Source: Propionibacteriaceae bacterium
GTDB lineage: Bacteria; Actinomycetota; Actinomycetes; Propionibacteriales; Propionibacteriaceae
Assembly (NCBI GenBank): GCA_032576855.1
Contig: JAWFWL010000002.1
Location: 44,498 to 108,497 of the forward strand
Direction of reading: 5' to 3'
DNA: 64,000 nt
Shown piece after piece: positions 7,962-19,931 of this stretch (within the stretch, counting starts at the first letter, position 1; the number at the start of each line of letters is the position of its first letter). The position numbers and the translations under genes are program-made. The notes beneath the pieces were generated by a model. That model ran no database searches. It had not been told where the DNA came from and saw nothing but the letters and a program-made list of their open reading frames with translations.

Positions 7962-9976
7962 GCCTGCGCCGTCGGGCTCGCGTTGTTTCGCGACCGCACA
8001 TACTCGACGATGTCGCGCACGGCATCGTCGACGGGAACGCCGTTGCGCTGCGATCCGTCGCGGTAGCGGAACGAGACGGAGCCCGCGTCACGATCCTCGC
8101 CGCCTGCGATGAGCATGAACGGCACCTTCTCCTTCTGCGCGTTGCGAATCTTCTTCGCGAAGCGATCGTCGGAGGCGTCGAGTTGCACTCGGATTCCTTC
8201 CGCGCGGAGGCGGTCGAGAATCTCGCGCAGGTAGGCGTCGAATTCGCTGGCGACGGGGATGCCCAGCACCTGCACCGGGGCAAGCCAGGCCGGGAAGGCG
8301 CCCGCGTAGTGCTCGGTGAGCACGCCGAAGAACCGCTCGATGGACCCAAACAGCGCGCGGTGGATCATCACCGGACGCTGGCGGGTGCCGTCGGCCGCTT
8401 GGTACTCGAGCTGGAAGCGTTCGGGGAGGTTGAAATCCAGCTGGATGGTGGACATCTGCCAGGTTCGGCCAATGGCGTCCTTCGCCTGCACCGAGATCTT
8501 CGGGCCGTAGAACGCGGCGCCGCCCGGATCGTCGACGAGTTCGAGCCCGGACGCGGTGGCCACCTCGCGCAGCACCTCGGTGGCCTCCTCCCAGGTGGCG
8601 TCGTCGCCGACGAACTTCTCAGGGTTCTTGGTGCTGAGCTCAAGGTAGAAGTCATCGAGCCCGTAGTCAGCAAGCAAATCCAGCACGAACTTGAGCAGGA
8701 ATGCCAGCTCGTCGCGCATCTGCTCGCGGGTGCAGTAGATGTGGGCGTCGTCCTGCGTGAATCCGCGTGCGCGGGTGAGGCCGTGCACCACGCCCGATTT
8801 CTCGTTGCGGTACACGGTGCCGAACTCGAACAAGCGCAGCGGGAGTTCCCGGTACGAGCGCCCGCGCGCAGCAAACACCAGGTTGTGCATAGGGCAGTTC
8901 ATGGGCTTCATGTAGTAGTCCACGCCCTGCTTCGTGATGTTGCCCTCGGCGTCGCGTTCCTCGTCCATGTGCATGGGCGGGTACATGCCGTCGGCGTACC
9001 AATCAAGGTGCCCGGAGGTCTCGTACAGCTGACCCTTGGTGAGGTGCGGGGTGTACGCGAACTGGTACCCCTCTTCGACGTGGCGCCTGCGCGAGTAGTC
9101 CTCCATCTCCATGCGCACGATGGCGCCCTTCGGGTGGAATACCGCCAGGCCGGAGCCGATCTCGTCGGGGAAGCTGAAGAGATCCATCTCTGTGCCGAGC
9201 TTGCGGTGGTCGCGCTTAGCAGCCTCCTCCAGACGGGTGACGTACTCTTTCAGATCGTCCTTCGACGCCCACGCCGTGCCGTACACGCGCTGCAGGCTGG
9301 CGTTGCGCTGATCACCGCGCCAGTAGGCGGCAGATGAGCGCATCAGCTTGAACGCCGGGATGTAGCCGGTGTGCGGGATGTGCGGTCCACGGCAGAGGTC
9401 CTTCCAAGCCACGGACCCGTCGCGGTTCAGGTTGTCATAGATGGTGAGTTGCCCTGCGCCCACCTCGACGCTGGCGCCATCCTGATCACCTGCGGACCCC
9501 TTGTCCGCGATGAGTTCCAGCTTGAACGGCTCCGACGCGAGTTCCTCGCGCGCCTCATCGTCGGAGACCTCACGACGCACAAAACGCTGCTTCGCCTTCA
9601 CGATCTGCTGCATGCGCTTCTCGACGCGCTTCAGGTCTTCGGGCGTCAGGGGATCGCACTGAAAATCGTAGTAGTAGCCATCTGTGATGGGCGGACCAAT
9701 GCCGAGCTTCGCTTCGGTGAACACGTCCTGCAGCGCTTGGGCCGTGACGTGACCGGCGGAGTGGCGCAGGATGGACAGACCCTCTGGCGAATCGATCAAG
9801 ACTGGCTCGACGTCGTCGCCGTCATGCAGTTCGCGCTGCAAGTCGAGCGTCTCGCCATTGACATGCATCGCGACGACGGCGCGGTCCTCTCCGAAGAGGT
9901 CCAGGCCGGTGGTGGTGGCAGTCAATTCCACGCTTTCCGCCTTGTCGTCGCGGTGCACGGTGATGACGCCACTCAT
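7958..9976 (-). CDS. thrS: Threonine--tRNA ligase
   Basis: TGS, editing and class II catalytic motifs are recognisable ([15 protein letters not shown]-type [29 protein letters not shown]). ATG 9976 is preceded by GAGGGAG 8 nt upstream. The track start 10027 adds 17 aa. Confidence 0.95.
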   Translation of the reverse strand: MSGVITVHRDDKAESVELTATTTGLDLFGEDRAVVAMHVNGETLDLQRELHDGDDVEPVLIDSPEGLSILRHSAGHVTAQALQDVFTEAKLGIGPPITDGYYYDFQCDPLTPEDLKRVEKRMQQIVKAKQRFVRREVSDDEAREELASEPFKLELIADKGSAGDQDGASVEVGAGQLTIYDNLNRDGSVAWKDLCRGPHIPHTGYIPAFKLMRSSAAYWRGDQRNASLQRVYGTAWASKDDLKEYVTRLEEAAKRDHRKLGTEMDLFSFPDEIGSGLAVFHPKGAIVRMEMEDYSRRRHVEEGYQFAYTPHLTKGQLYETSGHLDWYADGMYPPMHMDEERDAEGNITKQGVDYYMKPMNCPMHNLVFAARGRSYRELPLRLFEFGTVYRNEKSGVVHGLTRARGFTQDDAHIYCTREQMRDELAFLLKFVLDLLADYGLDDFYLELSTKNPEKFVGDDATWEEATEVLREVATASGLELVDDPGGAAFYGPKISVQAKDAIGRTWQMSTIQLDFNLPERFQLEYQAADGTRQRPVMIHRALFGSIERFFGVLTEHYAGAFPAWLAPVQVLGIPVASEFDAYLREILDRLRAEGIRVQLDASDDRFAKKIRNAQKEKVPFMLIAGGEDRDAGSVSFRYRDGSQRNGVPVDDAVRDIVEYVRSRNNASPTAQA

Positions 9977-10033
9977 GATGAATACTCCCTCAAGATAGTT
10001 GTTGCTCAGCAATTTGCCAGGTGCCATTGTGCC

Positions 10034-10318
10034 CTATCGGGCTACAGCTGCGTGATACTCCGGATGTTTGTCCACGTAGCTCGCGATATAAGAACAGGTT
10101 GGCCGGACAGATTTTCCCTGCGCCTGCACATCCTCCAACGCGAAATTCGCTAGGCGACCAGCGTAGCCCTGGCCACCGTGGGCCGGGTTCACGTACGTGT
10201 GCGGAAGCTCCACGACACATCCATCGACGATGTAGTCAACGAAACCAACAAGTTCGCCCTCAACATGCAACTCATAGCGGGATTCGGCTTCGTTCTTCAC
10301 AATGTCCATACCACTCAT
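10034..10318 (-). CDS. Small GNAT-like N-acetyltransferase (YjdJ-type)
   Basis: MSGMDIVKNEAESRYELHVEGELVGFVDY...VNPAHGGQGYAGRLANFALEDV...PTCSYI is the short GNAT-like family pattern. ATG 10318 follows the upstream stop (10320-10322). Confidence 0.7.
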   Translation of the reverse strand: MSGMDIVKNEAESRYELHVEGELVGFVDYIVDGCVVELPHTYVNPAHGGQGYAGRLANFALEDVQAQGKSVRPTCSYIASYVDKHPEYHAAVAR

Positions 10319-10319
10319 G

Positions 10320-10883
10320 TTACGGTTGCGCGCCCCCGACGACCAGACCTGGGCAGGCTCGCACGTGGTCCAGCGCTTCGTGCACGAGATCATCGGTGAG
10401 TCCGGGTCGCGGATCCACTCGTATGGGCAAGATTCCCTCAGGTAACTCGTCGCGGTCCAGATCAGACACGTCATCATCGAACCACACCCCGACGGGGTCT
10501 GCCCCGCCGTGTTCCTCCAGCCACGCAGCAACCTGGGACGTCTTCCAGCACGTGCCGTCGGTGGTGGGCTCCCATTCCAGCGGAATCACCGTAAGCTCAT
10601 CCACCAGGCGAAGTTTGGGTAGCCAGAACGGGTTCGCCGCGTCCTGCCACGTCGTGCACCAGACGATGCGGAACACGTCGGTGAGAGGCTTGAACACGTC
10701 TGCGATGTTCTCTCGCCAATGGATTGAGTAGGGCCCGTAACGCCCGACCCACACGCGCATATCGGTGTCAGGCACGGTGCGCACGACGTCGACATCGTGC
10801 TTAGCGTGCTGCCGCATGGAGCTTGGAACTTGGAGATTCAGCACGCCATCGACGTCGAGAAGCAGCAGCGGCTGGCCTGACAT
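10320..10883 (-). CDS. HAD-superfamily-like protein
   Basis: N-terminal LLLDVDGVLN (DxDG motif I). I trimmed the start to ATG 10883 because the track ORF (to 11012) runs into tRNA-Val. Confidence 0.55.
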   Translation of the reverse strand: MSGQPLLLLDVDGVLNLQVPSSMRQHAKHDVDVVRTVPDTDMRVWVGRYGPYSIHWRENIADVFKPLTDVFRIVWCTTWQDAANPFWLPKLRLVDELTVIPLEWEPTTDGTCWKTSQVAAWLEEHGGADPVGVWFDDDVSDLDRDELPEGILPIRVDPRPGLTDDLVHEALDHVRACPGLVVGGAQP

Positions 10884-10967
10884 CAATTCCCATCCCCCTG
10901 CGTAACCATCTACGACGGCAGTCGAACATTGCCTGTGAATTCTACAAGACGATTGGGATCCGACGCA

Positions 10968-11042
10968 TGGTGGGCGATGCCGGGTTTGAACCGGCGACCT
11001 CTTCCGTGTCAAGGAAGCGCGCTACCGCTGCGCCAACCGCCC
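10968..11042 (-). tRNA. tRNA-Val (anticodon GAC)
   Basis: Reverse complement is GGGCGGTTGGCGCAGCGGTAGCGCGCTTCCTTGACACGGAAGAGGTCGCCGGTTCAAACCCGGCATCGCCCACCA. It forms a cloverleaf with anticodon loop TTGACAC, T-loop GGTTCAAAC and an encoded CCA. Confidence 0.9.
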
Positions 11043-11043
11043 G

Positions 11044-11114
11044 AGGTGGAGACGGGATTTGAACCCGTGTACACGGATTTGCAGTCCGTTGCCTCGCCTC
11101 TCGGCCACTCCACC
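11044..11114 (-). tRNA. tRNA-Cys (anticodon GCA)
   Basis: Reverse complement is GGTGGAGTGGCCGAGAGGCGAGGCAACGGACTGCAAATCCGTGTACACGGGTTCAAATCCCGTCTCCACCT. Acceptor stem is GGTGGAG/CTCCACC and the anticodon loop is CTGCAAA. It lies 1 nt from tRNA-Val. Confidence 0.9.
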
Positions 11115-11161
11115 ACCGATGGAGGCCCTCCCCCAAGGGGATTACGGGAGAGACTTCTCCG

Positions 11162-11234
11162 AGCGGACGACGAGATTCGAACTCGCGACCCTCACCTTGG
11201 CAAGGTGATGCTCTACCAACTGAGCCACGTCCGC
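11162..11234 (-). tRNA. tRNA-Gly (anticodon GCC)
   Basis: Reverse complement is GCGGACGTGGCTCAGTTGGTAGAGCATCACCTTGCCAAGGTGAGGGTCGCGAGTTCGAATCTCGTCGTCCGCT. Anticodon loop is TTGCCAA. Confidence 0.9.
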
Positions 11235-11423
11235 ATGGTCTACATCCGCTGCCGCGGTTTCGACGCGTTGAGAACATTAGCGCACATTTTTCCAAGAACA
11301 CAAATCGACGGTGAACCTCACGCAAACCACGGGTGAACCAGCACTGAATCAAGCAGGCGCGCCACGCCGAACCAGCGCCGAATCGCATACCTCCAACGAG
11401 TTGCGCTACAGTTATCCCTCGCT

Positions 11424-11498
11424 GGGTGATTGGCGCAGTGGTAGCGCGCTTCGTTCACACCGAAGAGGTCGGCGGTTCGAACCCGCCATCACCCACCA
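11424..11498 (+). tRNA. tRNA-Val (anticodon CAC)
   Basis: GGGTGATTGGCGCAGTGGTAGCGCGCTTCGTTCACACCGAAGAGGTCGGCGGTTCGAACCCGCCATCACCCACCA. Perfect acceptor stem, anticodon loop TTCACAC and an encoded CCA. Confidence 0.9.
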
Positions 11499-11525
11499 CG
11501 TTCTTGCAGCATGAGGAGGCAGGCA

Positions 11526-12326
11526 GTGGCAGCACCGGCGGTCATCCTCGCCGACAACATCACGGCCATCCCCGAGGTACGCGAGGCATTCCACGGAATC
11601 TTGGCCCGCTTGCGCGACCGTCGCCCTGATCTCCCCATCCACCTCGTCGAACTCGGCACCCACTCGACGATTGACAGTGTGCTCGAGGAACTCCGCGCCA
11701 CTGACGTCGCTGAAGCCGTCTTCGTGCCGCTCGACCTACGCTCTGCCACCGCGTACGCGCCGGAGTTGGACGAGTGCGTTGCGGCGGCCGAGTCGGCGGG
11801 GGTGCGGTCCGTCGTCTCGCGTCCGATCGGTCCAGCGACGGAGTTGCTCAACATCTTGGATGAGCTTGTTCGCGATGCGCTCCAACGTCGCTCTGCGCTG
11901 GAGCTCGACGGCCTGGTACTCGTCGGACGCACCGGCGGCGACACCCGTGGCTCAGCCCTCTTGTCACGGCGCGCCCGGCAGTGGTCTGCGCACCACCGCC
12001 TGCCCGTGCAGCTCGCCGTCGAGGAAGGAGACGGCGCTGCGACTGCCGCTGCAGTGCAGACGCTGCGATCGCAAGGTAGGCGCTACATCGCCGTCGGCGG
12101 GGCTTTTTTTGCACCCGGCCCCGCTTACCGAGCCCATGCACTCGCGGCCCAACGTGCCGGCGCGATAGCCATCACGGCCCCCATCAACGGAAGCCGTCAC
12201 CTCAACCAGCTCATCCTCGCCCGCTACGCGTTCGGCGCGATGGAATTGCTCGACGGGCAACCGCAGCCAGTCACTGTGGACGACGACTACCAGTTTTTGT
12301 CGCCTCGCGAGCAGCTTGGACACTGA
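11526..12326 (+). CDS. CbiX/SirB-like two-domain protein (tentative)
   Basis: Two repeated alpha/beta halves resembling sirohydrochlorin chelatase-like proteins (VFVPLDL..., YIAVGGAFFAPGP). The usual HGS/HGT motif is not evident. GTG 11526 follows AGGAGG at 6 nt; the track start is 11511. Confidence 0.4.
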   Translation: MAAPAVILADNITAIPEVREAFHGILARLRDRRPDLPIHLVELGTHSTIDSVLEELRATDVAEAVFVPLDLRSATAYAPELDECVAAAESAGVRSVVSRPIGPATELLNILDELVRDALQRRSALELDGLVLVGRTGGDTRGSALLSRRARQWSAHHRLPVQLAVEEGDGAATAAAVQTLRSQGRRYIAVGGAFFAPGPAYRAHALAAQRAGAIAITAPINGSRHLNQLILARYAFGAMELLDGQPQPVTVDDDYQFLSPREQLGH

Positions 12327-12341
12327 CCTACACTTGCGTTC

Positions 12342-12758
12342 ATGAGCGAGCCCTACGTCGCACCTTTTCAGCTCCCCGACGAGACCTGGCGCGAGCGTCT
12401 GAATGACCTCGAATACCAGGTGCTACGCGAATCGGGCACCGAACGTCCTTTCACCGGCGAGTACACGGATACCGAGACGGAGGGCACCTATTCGTGCCGC
12501 GCGTGCGGCGCCGAACTGTTTACGAGTAACGAGAAGTTCCATTCGCATTGTGGCTGGCCAAGCTTCTTCTCCCCCTTGGCTGAAGACAAGGTCCGATACC
12601 TAGAAGACCGCTCCATACCGGGGCGTCCTCGCGTCGAGGTCCGGTGCGCCAATTGCGACTCGCACCTTGGCCACGTGTTTGAAGGTGAAGGCTACGACAC
12701 CCCCACAGATCTTCGATACTGCATCAACTCGGTCTGCCTGACACTGCAACCAAAGTAG
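12342..12758 (+). CDS. msrB: Peptide-methionine (R)-S-oxide reductase
   Basis: SelR signature GTYSCRACGAELF...HCGWPSF...CANCDSHLGHVF...RYCINS, with two CxxC pairs and the catalytic Cys. Confidence 0.95.
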   Translation: MSEPYVAPFQLPDETWRERLNDLEYQVLRESGTERPFTGEYTDTETEGTYSCRACGAELFTSNEKFHSHCGWPSFFSPLAEDKVRYLEDRSIPGRPRVEVRCANCDSHLGHVFEGEGYDTPTDLRYCINSVCLTLQPK

Positions 12759-12814
12759 ACCTTCTTCGGCGTGGCAGGGGTAACGCGCGGACAAGTGTCC
12801 GTAAAATCCCCGAT

Positions 12815-13387
12815 GTGTCGAATGTTACGAGGCTCGCCCCCGATGCGTTCACCCGTGCCGTAGAAGAGTTTCGTCACATGCAGTGGCGTCGCGAGCTCAG
12901 CATCGACGAGATCGGTTCGCCGCAGCGCATTGCTCCCCATTCCCTGGCAATCGCGGGCGAACTGTGCGTCGGGCACGACACCGTAAGCTCCGGCAGGCTC
13001 ATCTTGCTACATGACCCCGCCGGCAACGAAGCCTGGAACGGCACGTTTCGCTTAGTCACCTACGTGCGTTCAGAAGTAGACCTTGAGATGGTGGCTGATC
13101 CGCTGTTGCCCGACATCTCCTGGGCTTGGCTTACCGAAGCGCTGGAATCAAACGACTGCGACGCGTCGTTCATGGCGGGAACCGTGACTGCGTCCTATGG
13201 CCGTTCCTTCGGCGAGATGGCAGGTGAGCCAGATAGAGCCGAGGTAGAGCTTCGCTCCTCGTGGACACCAAATCTGAGCACTCATCACTCACTCACGAAT
13301 CACCTGTCGGCCTGGCAGGAGCTCCTAGCCCTCGTGGCAGGTGAACCCCCTCTACCAGCAGGCATATCCCTACTACGTACCCACTGA
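12815..13387 (+). CDS. DUF3000 domain-containing protein (Rv2680-like)
   Basis: 190 aa. Conserved position immediately upstream of rnd, facing dxs. GTG start. Confidence 0.65.
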   Translation: MSNVTRLAPDAFTRAVEEFRHMQWRRELSIDEIGSPQRIAPHSLAIAGELCVGHDTVSSGRLILLHDPAGNEAWNGTFRLVTYVRSEVDLEMVADPLLPDISWAWLTEALESNDCDASFMAGTVTASYGRSFGEMAGEPDRAEVELRSSWTPNLSTHHSLTNHLSAWQELLALVAGEPPLPAGISLLRTH

Positions 13388-13389
13388 CC

Positions 13390-14586
13390 ATGACCCTCGT
13401 CGAGCAGAGCCGAGAACCGCTACGCCCCGTCGTAACAGACGATGCGGCGCTCTCGGAATGTGTGGAGGCGCTGGCTGGCACCCGAGGGCCTATTGGCTTC
13501 GACGTAGAGCGTGCGCACGGCTACCGCTATTGGCCGCGCGCGTACCTGTTTCAAATCCGACGCGGAACCGCCGGCACGTGGCTCATCGACCCTACGAAGT
13601 TTGATCCAGCCCAATTGAGTGCGCTGGTGGAGCGCACCGGTGACGAGGAGTGGATCATCCACGCAGCGTCGCAGGACCTGCCGTCGATGTTCGAGGCTGG
13701 TATCGCGCCAAGCCGCATCTTCGATAGCGAACTCGCAGCCAGGCTCCTGGGAAAGCCTGGAGCGTCCCTCGGCGCCCTCCTGGCTTCGGAACTCGACATC
13801 GAACTGCGAAAAGAACATTCAGCGGTGAATTGGGCACTCAGGCCGCTCAAGGAATCCTGGCTCACGTACGCGGCTCTCGACGTGGACTATCTCGCGGAGC
13901 TTCGAGACGTGTTAGACACGTCCTTGCGTGAGATGCACCGTCGGGAATGGGCAGAGCAGGAATTTGAATGGGAGTTGCAGGAGTACTCACGCGCGGCTGA
14001 GCCCAAGGAAGACCCCTGGAGACGAACGTCGCGCATCACCGCCGTGCGCCACCCGCGCGGTCTCGCGCTGCTGCGAGAACTGTGGCTCGAGCGTGAAGCC
14101 ATCGCGCAGCGCAGAGATAGGCCGCCGAGGCACATCGCGCCTGACCAGGCGCTCGTCGATGGAGGCAGAGCCGCCGGCAAGGACAGGCCCGTCAGTGCTG
14201 ACTTGCTTCGTCGGATTCCGGGTTTCACCAGCCCGCCCGGATCGCGGTACATGACGAACTGGAAGCAAGCCGTCGACCGATTCCTTCAGCTTGATTCCAA
14301 GGACTACCCACCAAAACGCAGGCACACCCCCGGCGCGCTCCCCCACCCAAAGTCGTGGCTGCACTCCAACGAGCAAGCCGGTTTTCGATGGGCGAAGGCG
14401 CGTCCCGCGGTTGACGGGTTTGCGTGCGAGATCGGTGTGCAGCCGAGCCTCCTTGCACCGCCGGCAGCGCTCCAGCAGGTGCTGTGGCATCATGCGCAAC
14501 CAACCGAACAGGACCTCCTGGCAGCAGGCATGAGGCCCTGGCAGGCAGATCTACTGTCTGGCTTGTTCCGCGACCTCTTCGGCTGA
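13390..14586 (+). CDS. rnd: Ribonuclease D-like 3'-5' exonuclease with HRDC domain
   Basis: DEDD exonuclease motifs (IGFDVERA, IIHAASQDL, YAALDVDYL) and a downstream HRDC-like region (RGLALLRELWLEREAIAQRRDRPPRHI). Confidence 0.85.
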   Translation: MTLVEQSREPLRPVVTDDAALSECVEALAGTRGPIGFDVERAHGYRYWPRAYLFQIRRGTAGTWLIDPTKFDPAQLSALVERTGDEEWIIHAASQDLPSMFEAGIAPSRIFDSELAARLLGKPGASLGALLASELDIELRKEHSAVNWALRPLKESWLTYAALDVDYLAELRDVLDTSLREMHRREWAEQEFEWELQEYSRAAEPKEDPWRRTSRITAVRHPRGLALLRELWLEREAIAQRRDRPPRHIAPDQALVDGGRAAGKDRPVSADLLRRIPGFTSPPGSRYMTNWKQAVDRFLQLDSKDYPPKRRHTPGALPHPKSWLHSNEQAGFRWAKARPAVDGFACEIGVQPSLLAPPAALQQVLWHHAQPTEQDLLAAGMRPWQADLLSGLFRDLFG

Positions 14587-16479
14587 ATTCTTCACCAGGT
14601 TCGGGAGCACTGCGTGCGCGATGCCTTGTGGCGTCAGGCCGAGGCTGGCTAGCACCTCAGCTCGGCTCGCGTGCTCAAGAAATTCTTGCGCGATGCCGAA
14701 GCAATACACCTGTGTGTCCGCCTGCCGCTCCGCAAGCCTCGATCGCAGCCGCTGCCCGAGACCGCCTTCCACCAGATTGTCTTCCAGCGTAATGACGTGC
14801 TCGAACTCGTTCGCCAACCGTACGAGCTCTTCACTCATCGGTAGCGCCCACAGCGGGTCCGCCACGGTGACGGCGACGCCTTGCGCGCGCAGCAAATCTG
14901 CGGTTTGCAATGCCAGCGACGCGAACTGTCCATAGCCGACGACGAGGGTGCTCGCGCCCGTGTCCGACCGGAGCAGATCGACACGCTCAAGGCCCTCGCC
15001 ACGATGCGCCACCTCAGTAATGTCGTCTGGCAATTTCTCCTTCGAGTAGCGGATCACCGTGGGCGCGTCGTCGACCGTCACCGCCCGCTCCAAAGCCTGC
15101 CGCAGCCTGCTCTGATCACGCGGTGCCGCCAGCTGCAACCCGGGAATGATGCTCGCCACCGACACATCCCACATCCCGTTGTGGCTCGGCCCATCCGTGC
15201 CGGTGACACCGGAACGGTCGAGCACGACGGTAACCCCCAGCCGGTGCAGCGCAACATCCATCAGCAGCTGATCGTAGGCGCGGTTCAGGAACGTCGAATA
15301 CAGCGCCACGACGGGATGCAGCCCCGCGCGAGCGAGGCCGGCGGCAGACGTGATCGCGTGTTGCTCCGCGATGCCGACGTCGAAGATCCGATCGGGAAAA
15401 GCTGCCGCGAACCGAGCCAGGCCAGTGGGATACAACATGGCAGCGGTGATCCCAACGACGTTCGGGTCCTTCTGGCCGAGTTGCACCATGGCGTCCGAGA
15501 ACGCGTCGGTCCAGGTGGCCTGCACGCTAGAGGCGAGTGACTCCCCCGTCACATCGTCGATTTTCCCAATCGCGTGGAAACGATCCTGCTCGTTCTCCTC
15601 GGCTGCCTTGAAGCCTTTTCCTTTCATGGTGATGGTGTGCACAATCACCGGGCCGCCGTACTGGCGCGCCTGCTCGAGGTGGCTCGTCAGCGCACTCAGG
15701 TCATGACCGTCGATGGGGCCGGTGTACTTGATGCCCAGATCTGAGAAGAGGTCCTGGGGCGCGACGACGTCCTTCACGCCGGTTTTGAAACCGTGCATCA
15801 GATCATAGAGTGGCCGCCCCACGACAGGGATCTTGTTGATCACCCGCTTCGCGAGCGAGAGGGTCTGCTCGTAGCGAGGATCCGTACGAAGTCCAGCGAG
15901 GTGGTTCGCGAGGCCCCCGACCGTCGGGGTATAGGAGCGCCCATTGTCATTGACGACGATGACGAGTTTCAAATTCGGTTCTGCGGCGATGTTATTCAAC
16001 GCTTCCCATGCCATGCCGCCGGTGAGTGCGCCGTCGCCGACGACGGCGACGACGGTACGGTCCTCGCCACGAAGTGCATATCCCTTGGCCATGCCTTCCG
16101 CCCAGGAGAGCGACGCGGAGGCATGCGAGTTGGAGACCCAGTCGTGCTCCGATTCAGCTCGCTCCGGGTAGCCGGAGAGCCCACCTTGCTGACGCAGCGT
16201 CGGGAACTGATCGGCTCGTCCGGTCAGGATCTTATGGACGTAGCTCTGGTGCCCGGTGTCGAAGATGATGGGGTCGTGCGGGGAGTCGAACACCTTGTGG
16301 ATGGCCATGGTGAGTTCCACCACGCCCAGGTTGGGCCCCAGATGCCCGCCTGTTCGGCTGACATTCGTGATGAGGAACGCCCGAATTTCTGAGGCCAGCC
16401 GTTCTAGCTGCGATTTCGACATCGAGCGCAGATCTCGAGGGCCAGCAAGCGTTTCGAGCAAAGACATGCCCTCCATCAT
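14551..16479 (-). CDS. dxs: 1-deoxy-D-xylulose-5-phosphate synthase
   Basis: GHLGPNLGVVELT, GHQSYVHKILTGR, a ThDP-binding GDGALTGGMAWEALN, and IAEQHA. The start is uncertain among TTG 16506, ATG 16479/16476 and ATG 16467 (MSLLETLAGP...). The 3' end overlaps rnd by 36 nt. Confidence 0.93.
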   Translation of the reverse strand: MMEGMSLLETLAGPRDLRSMSKSQLERLASEIRAFLITNVSRTGGHLGPNLGVVELTMAIHKVFDSPHDPIIFDTGHQSYVHKILTGRADQFPTLRQQGGLSGYPERAESEHDWVSNSHASASLSWAEGMAKGYALRGEDRTVVAVVGDGALTGGMAWEALNNIAAEPNLKLVIVVNDNGRSYTPTVGGLANHLAGLRTDPRYEQTLSLAKRVINKIPVVGRPLYDLMHGFKTGVKDVVAPQDLFSDLGIKYTGPIDGHDLSALTSHLEQARQYGGPVIVHTITMKGKGFKAAEENEQDRFHAIGKIDDVTGESLASSVQATWTDAFSDAMVQLGQKDPNVVGITAAMLYPTGLARFAAAFPDRIFDVGIAEQHAITSAAGLARAGLHPVVALYSTFLNRAYDQLLMDVALHRLGVTVVLDRSGVTGTDGPSHNGMWDVSVASIIPGLQLAAPRDQSRLRQALERAVTVDDAPTVIRYSKEKLPDDITEVAHRGEGLERVDLLRSDTGASTLVVGYGQFASLALQTADLLRAQGVAVTVADPLWALPMSEELVRLANEFEHVITLEDNLVEGGLGQRLRSRLAERQADTQVYCFGIAQEFLEHASRAEVLASLGLTPQGIAHAVLPNLVKNSAEEVAEQARQ

Positions 16480-16573
16480 ACGGCGGACTTGCTGAGCTTG
16501 CGGCAACGTCGCCGGGATACACGACGGCGCCCCGCCTAGCCGAAGCCGGACGGGGCGCCATCGTGGGGAATGA

Positions 16574-19246
<2,673 letters not shown>

Positions 19247-19335
19247 CGTTCTCCTTATGGCGGCTTGTGAATCCGCTCCAGAGTCTACTGCCAAACCATC
19301 ATTTGCGCTGCCCGAGTGCGCAGCGATGCAAGGCA

Positions 19336-19590
19336 TCAATAGTGGAAGCGCACCTGAAGAACGATCAGGTCGTCATCAACCACGAGATACACCAAACGGT
19401 GCTCCTCCGTAATTCGTCGGGACCATGCACCCGCAGCGCCGTACTTTAATTGTTCGGGTTTACCTATGCCGGAGTAAGGGTCGCGCAGGGATGCATCAAT
19501 TAATGTGTTGATGCGCTTCAATATCTTGCGATCAGCCGTCTGCCAGTACTTGTAGTCCACCCAGGCGTGATGGTCCCACACTAATCGCAC
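19336..19590 (-). CDS. yoeB: YoeB/Txe-family mRNA interferase toxin
   Basis: [36 protein letters not shown]...[15 protein letters not shown]...RFHY is an almost canonical YoeB sequence. GTG 19590 lies 2 nt after the antitoxin stop. Confidence 0.9.
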   Translation of the reverse strand: MRLVWDHHAWVDYKYWQTADRKILKRINTLIDASLRDPYSGIGKPEQLKYGAAGAWSRRITEEHRLVYLVVDDDLIVLQVRFHY

Positions 19591-19592
19591 AG

Positions 19593-19853
19593 TCAGGCCT
19601 CGGCGTCTGAACGGTCTAATTCATGTTCCTCCACGCTCCCCGAGCGCGCGCGTTCATACGCGTCAAGCAACCGTCGAGCATTAGCAGGGGAGCTGAAGAG
19701 ATATGCAGTCTCTTGCCAGGCTGCGTACTGGTCAGCCGCCATGAGTACGGCATTCCCCCGACGGGACACAATTTCTACGGGATCTCGATCCGCATTGACA
19801 CGTTCGATGAGCGGAAACAGGGTCCTTCGGGCTTCGCTAGCGCTAATCGACAT
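19593..19853 (-). CDS. yefM: Phd/YefM-family antitoxin
   Basis: MSISASEARRTLFPLIERVNADRDPVEIVSRRGNAVLMAADQYAAWQETAYL is the YefM N-terminal fold signature. ATG 19853 has AAGGGG 7 nt upstream. Confidence 0.9.
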   Translation of the reverse strand: MSISASEARRTLFPLIERVNADRDPVEIVSRRGNAVLMAADQYAAWQETAYLFSSPANARRLLDAYERARSGSVEEHELDRSDAEA

Positions 19854-19931
19854 TTCGTTACCCCTTTCAGTGCCGGTACAAGAATACGGTACCACTCAAG
19901 AGAACCAGGGCGCAGGACTTGCGCTCCGGCA

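Noticed and set aside
8183-9337. 384-aa plus-strand ORF
   Set aside because: It is a shadow ORF antisense to thrS with no recognisable motifs. thrS on the minus strand is fully supported.
10942-11388. 148-aa minus-strand and 135-aa plus-strand ORFs over the tRNA cluster, and the N-terminal extension of ORF 10320-11012
   Set aside because: They read straight through three tRNA genes with clean cloverleaves. The HAD-like gene was trimmed to ATG 10883.
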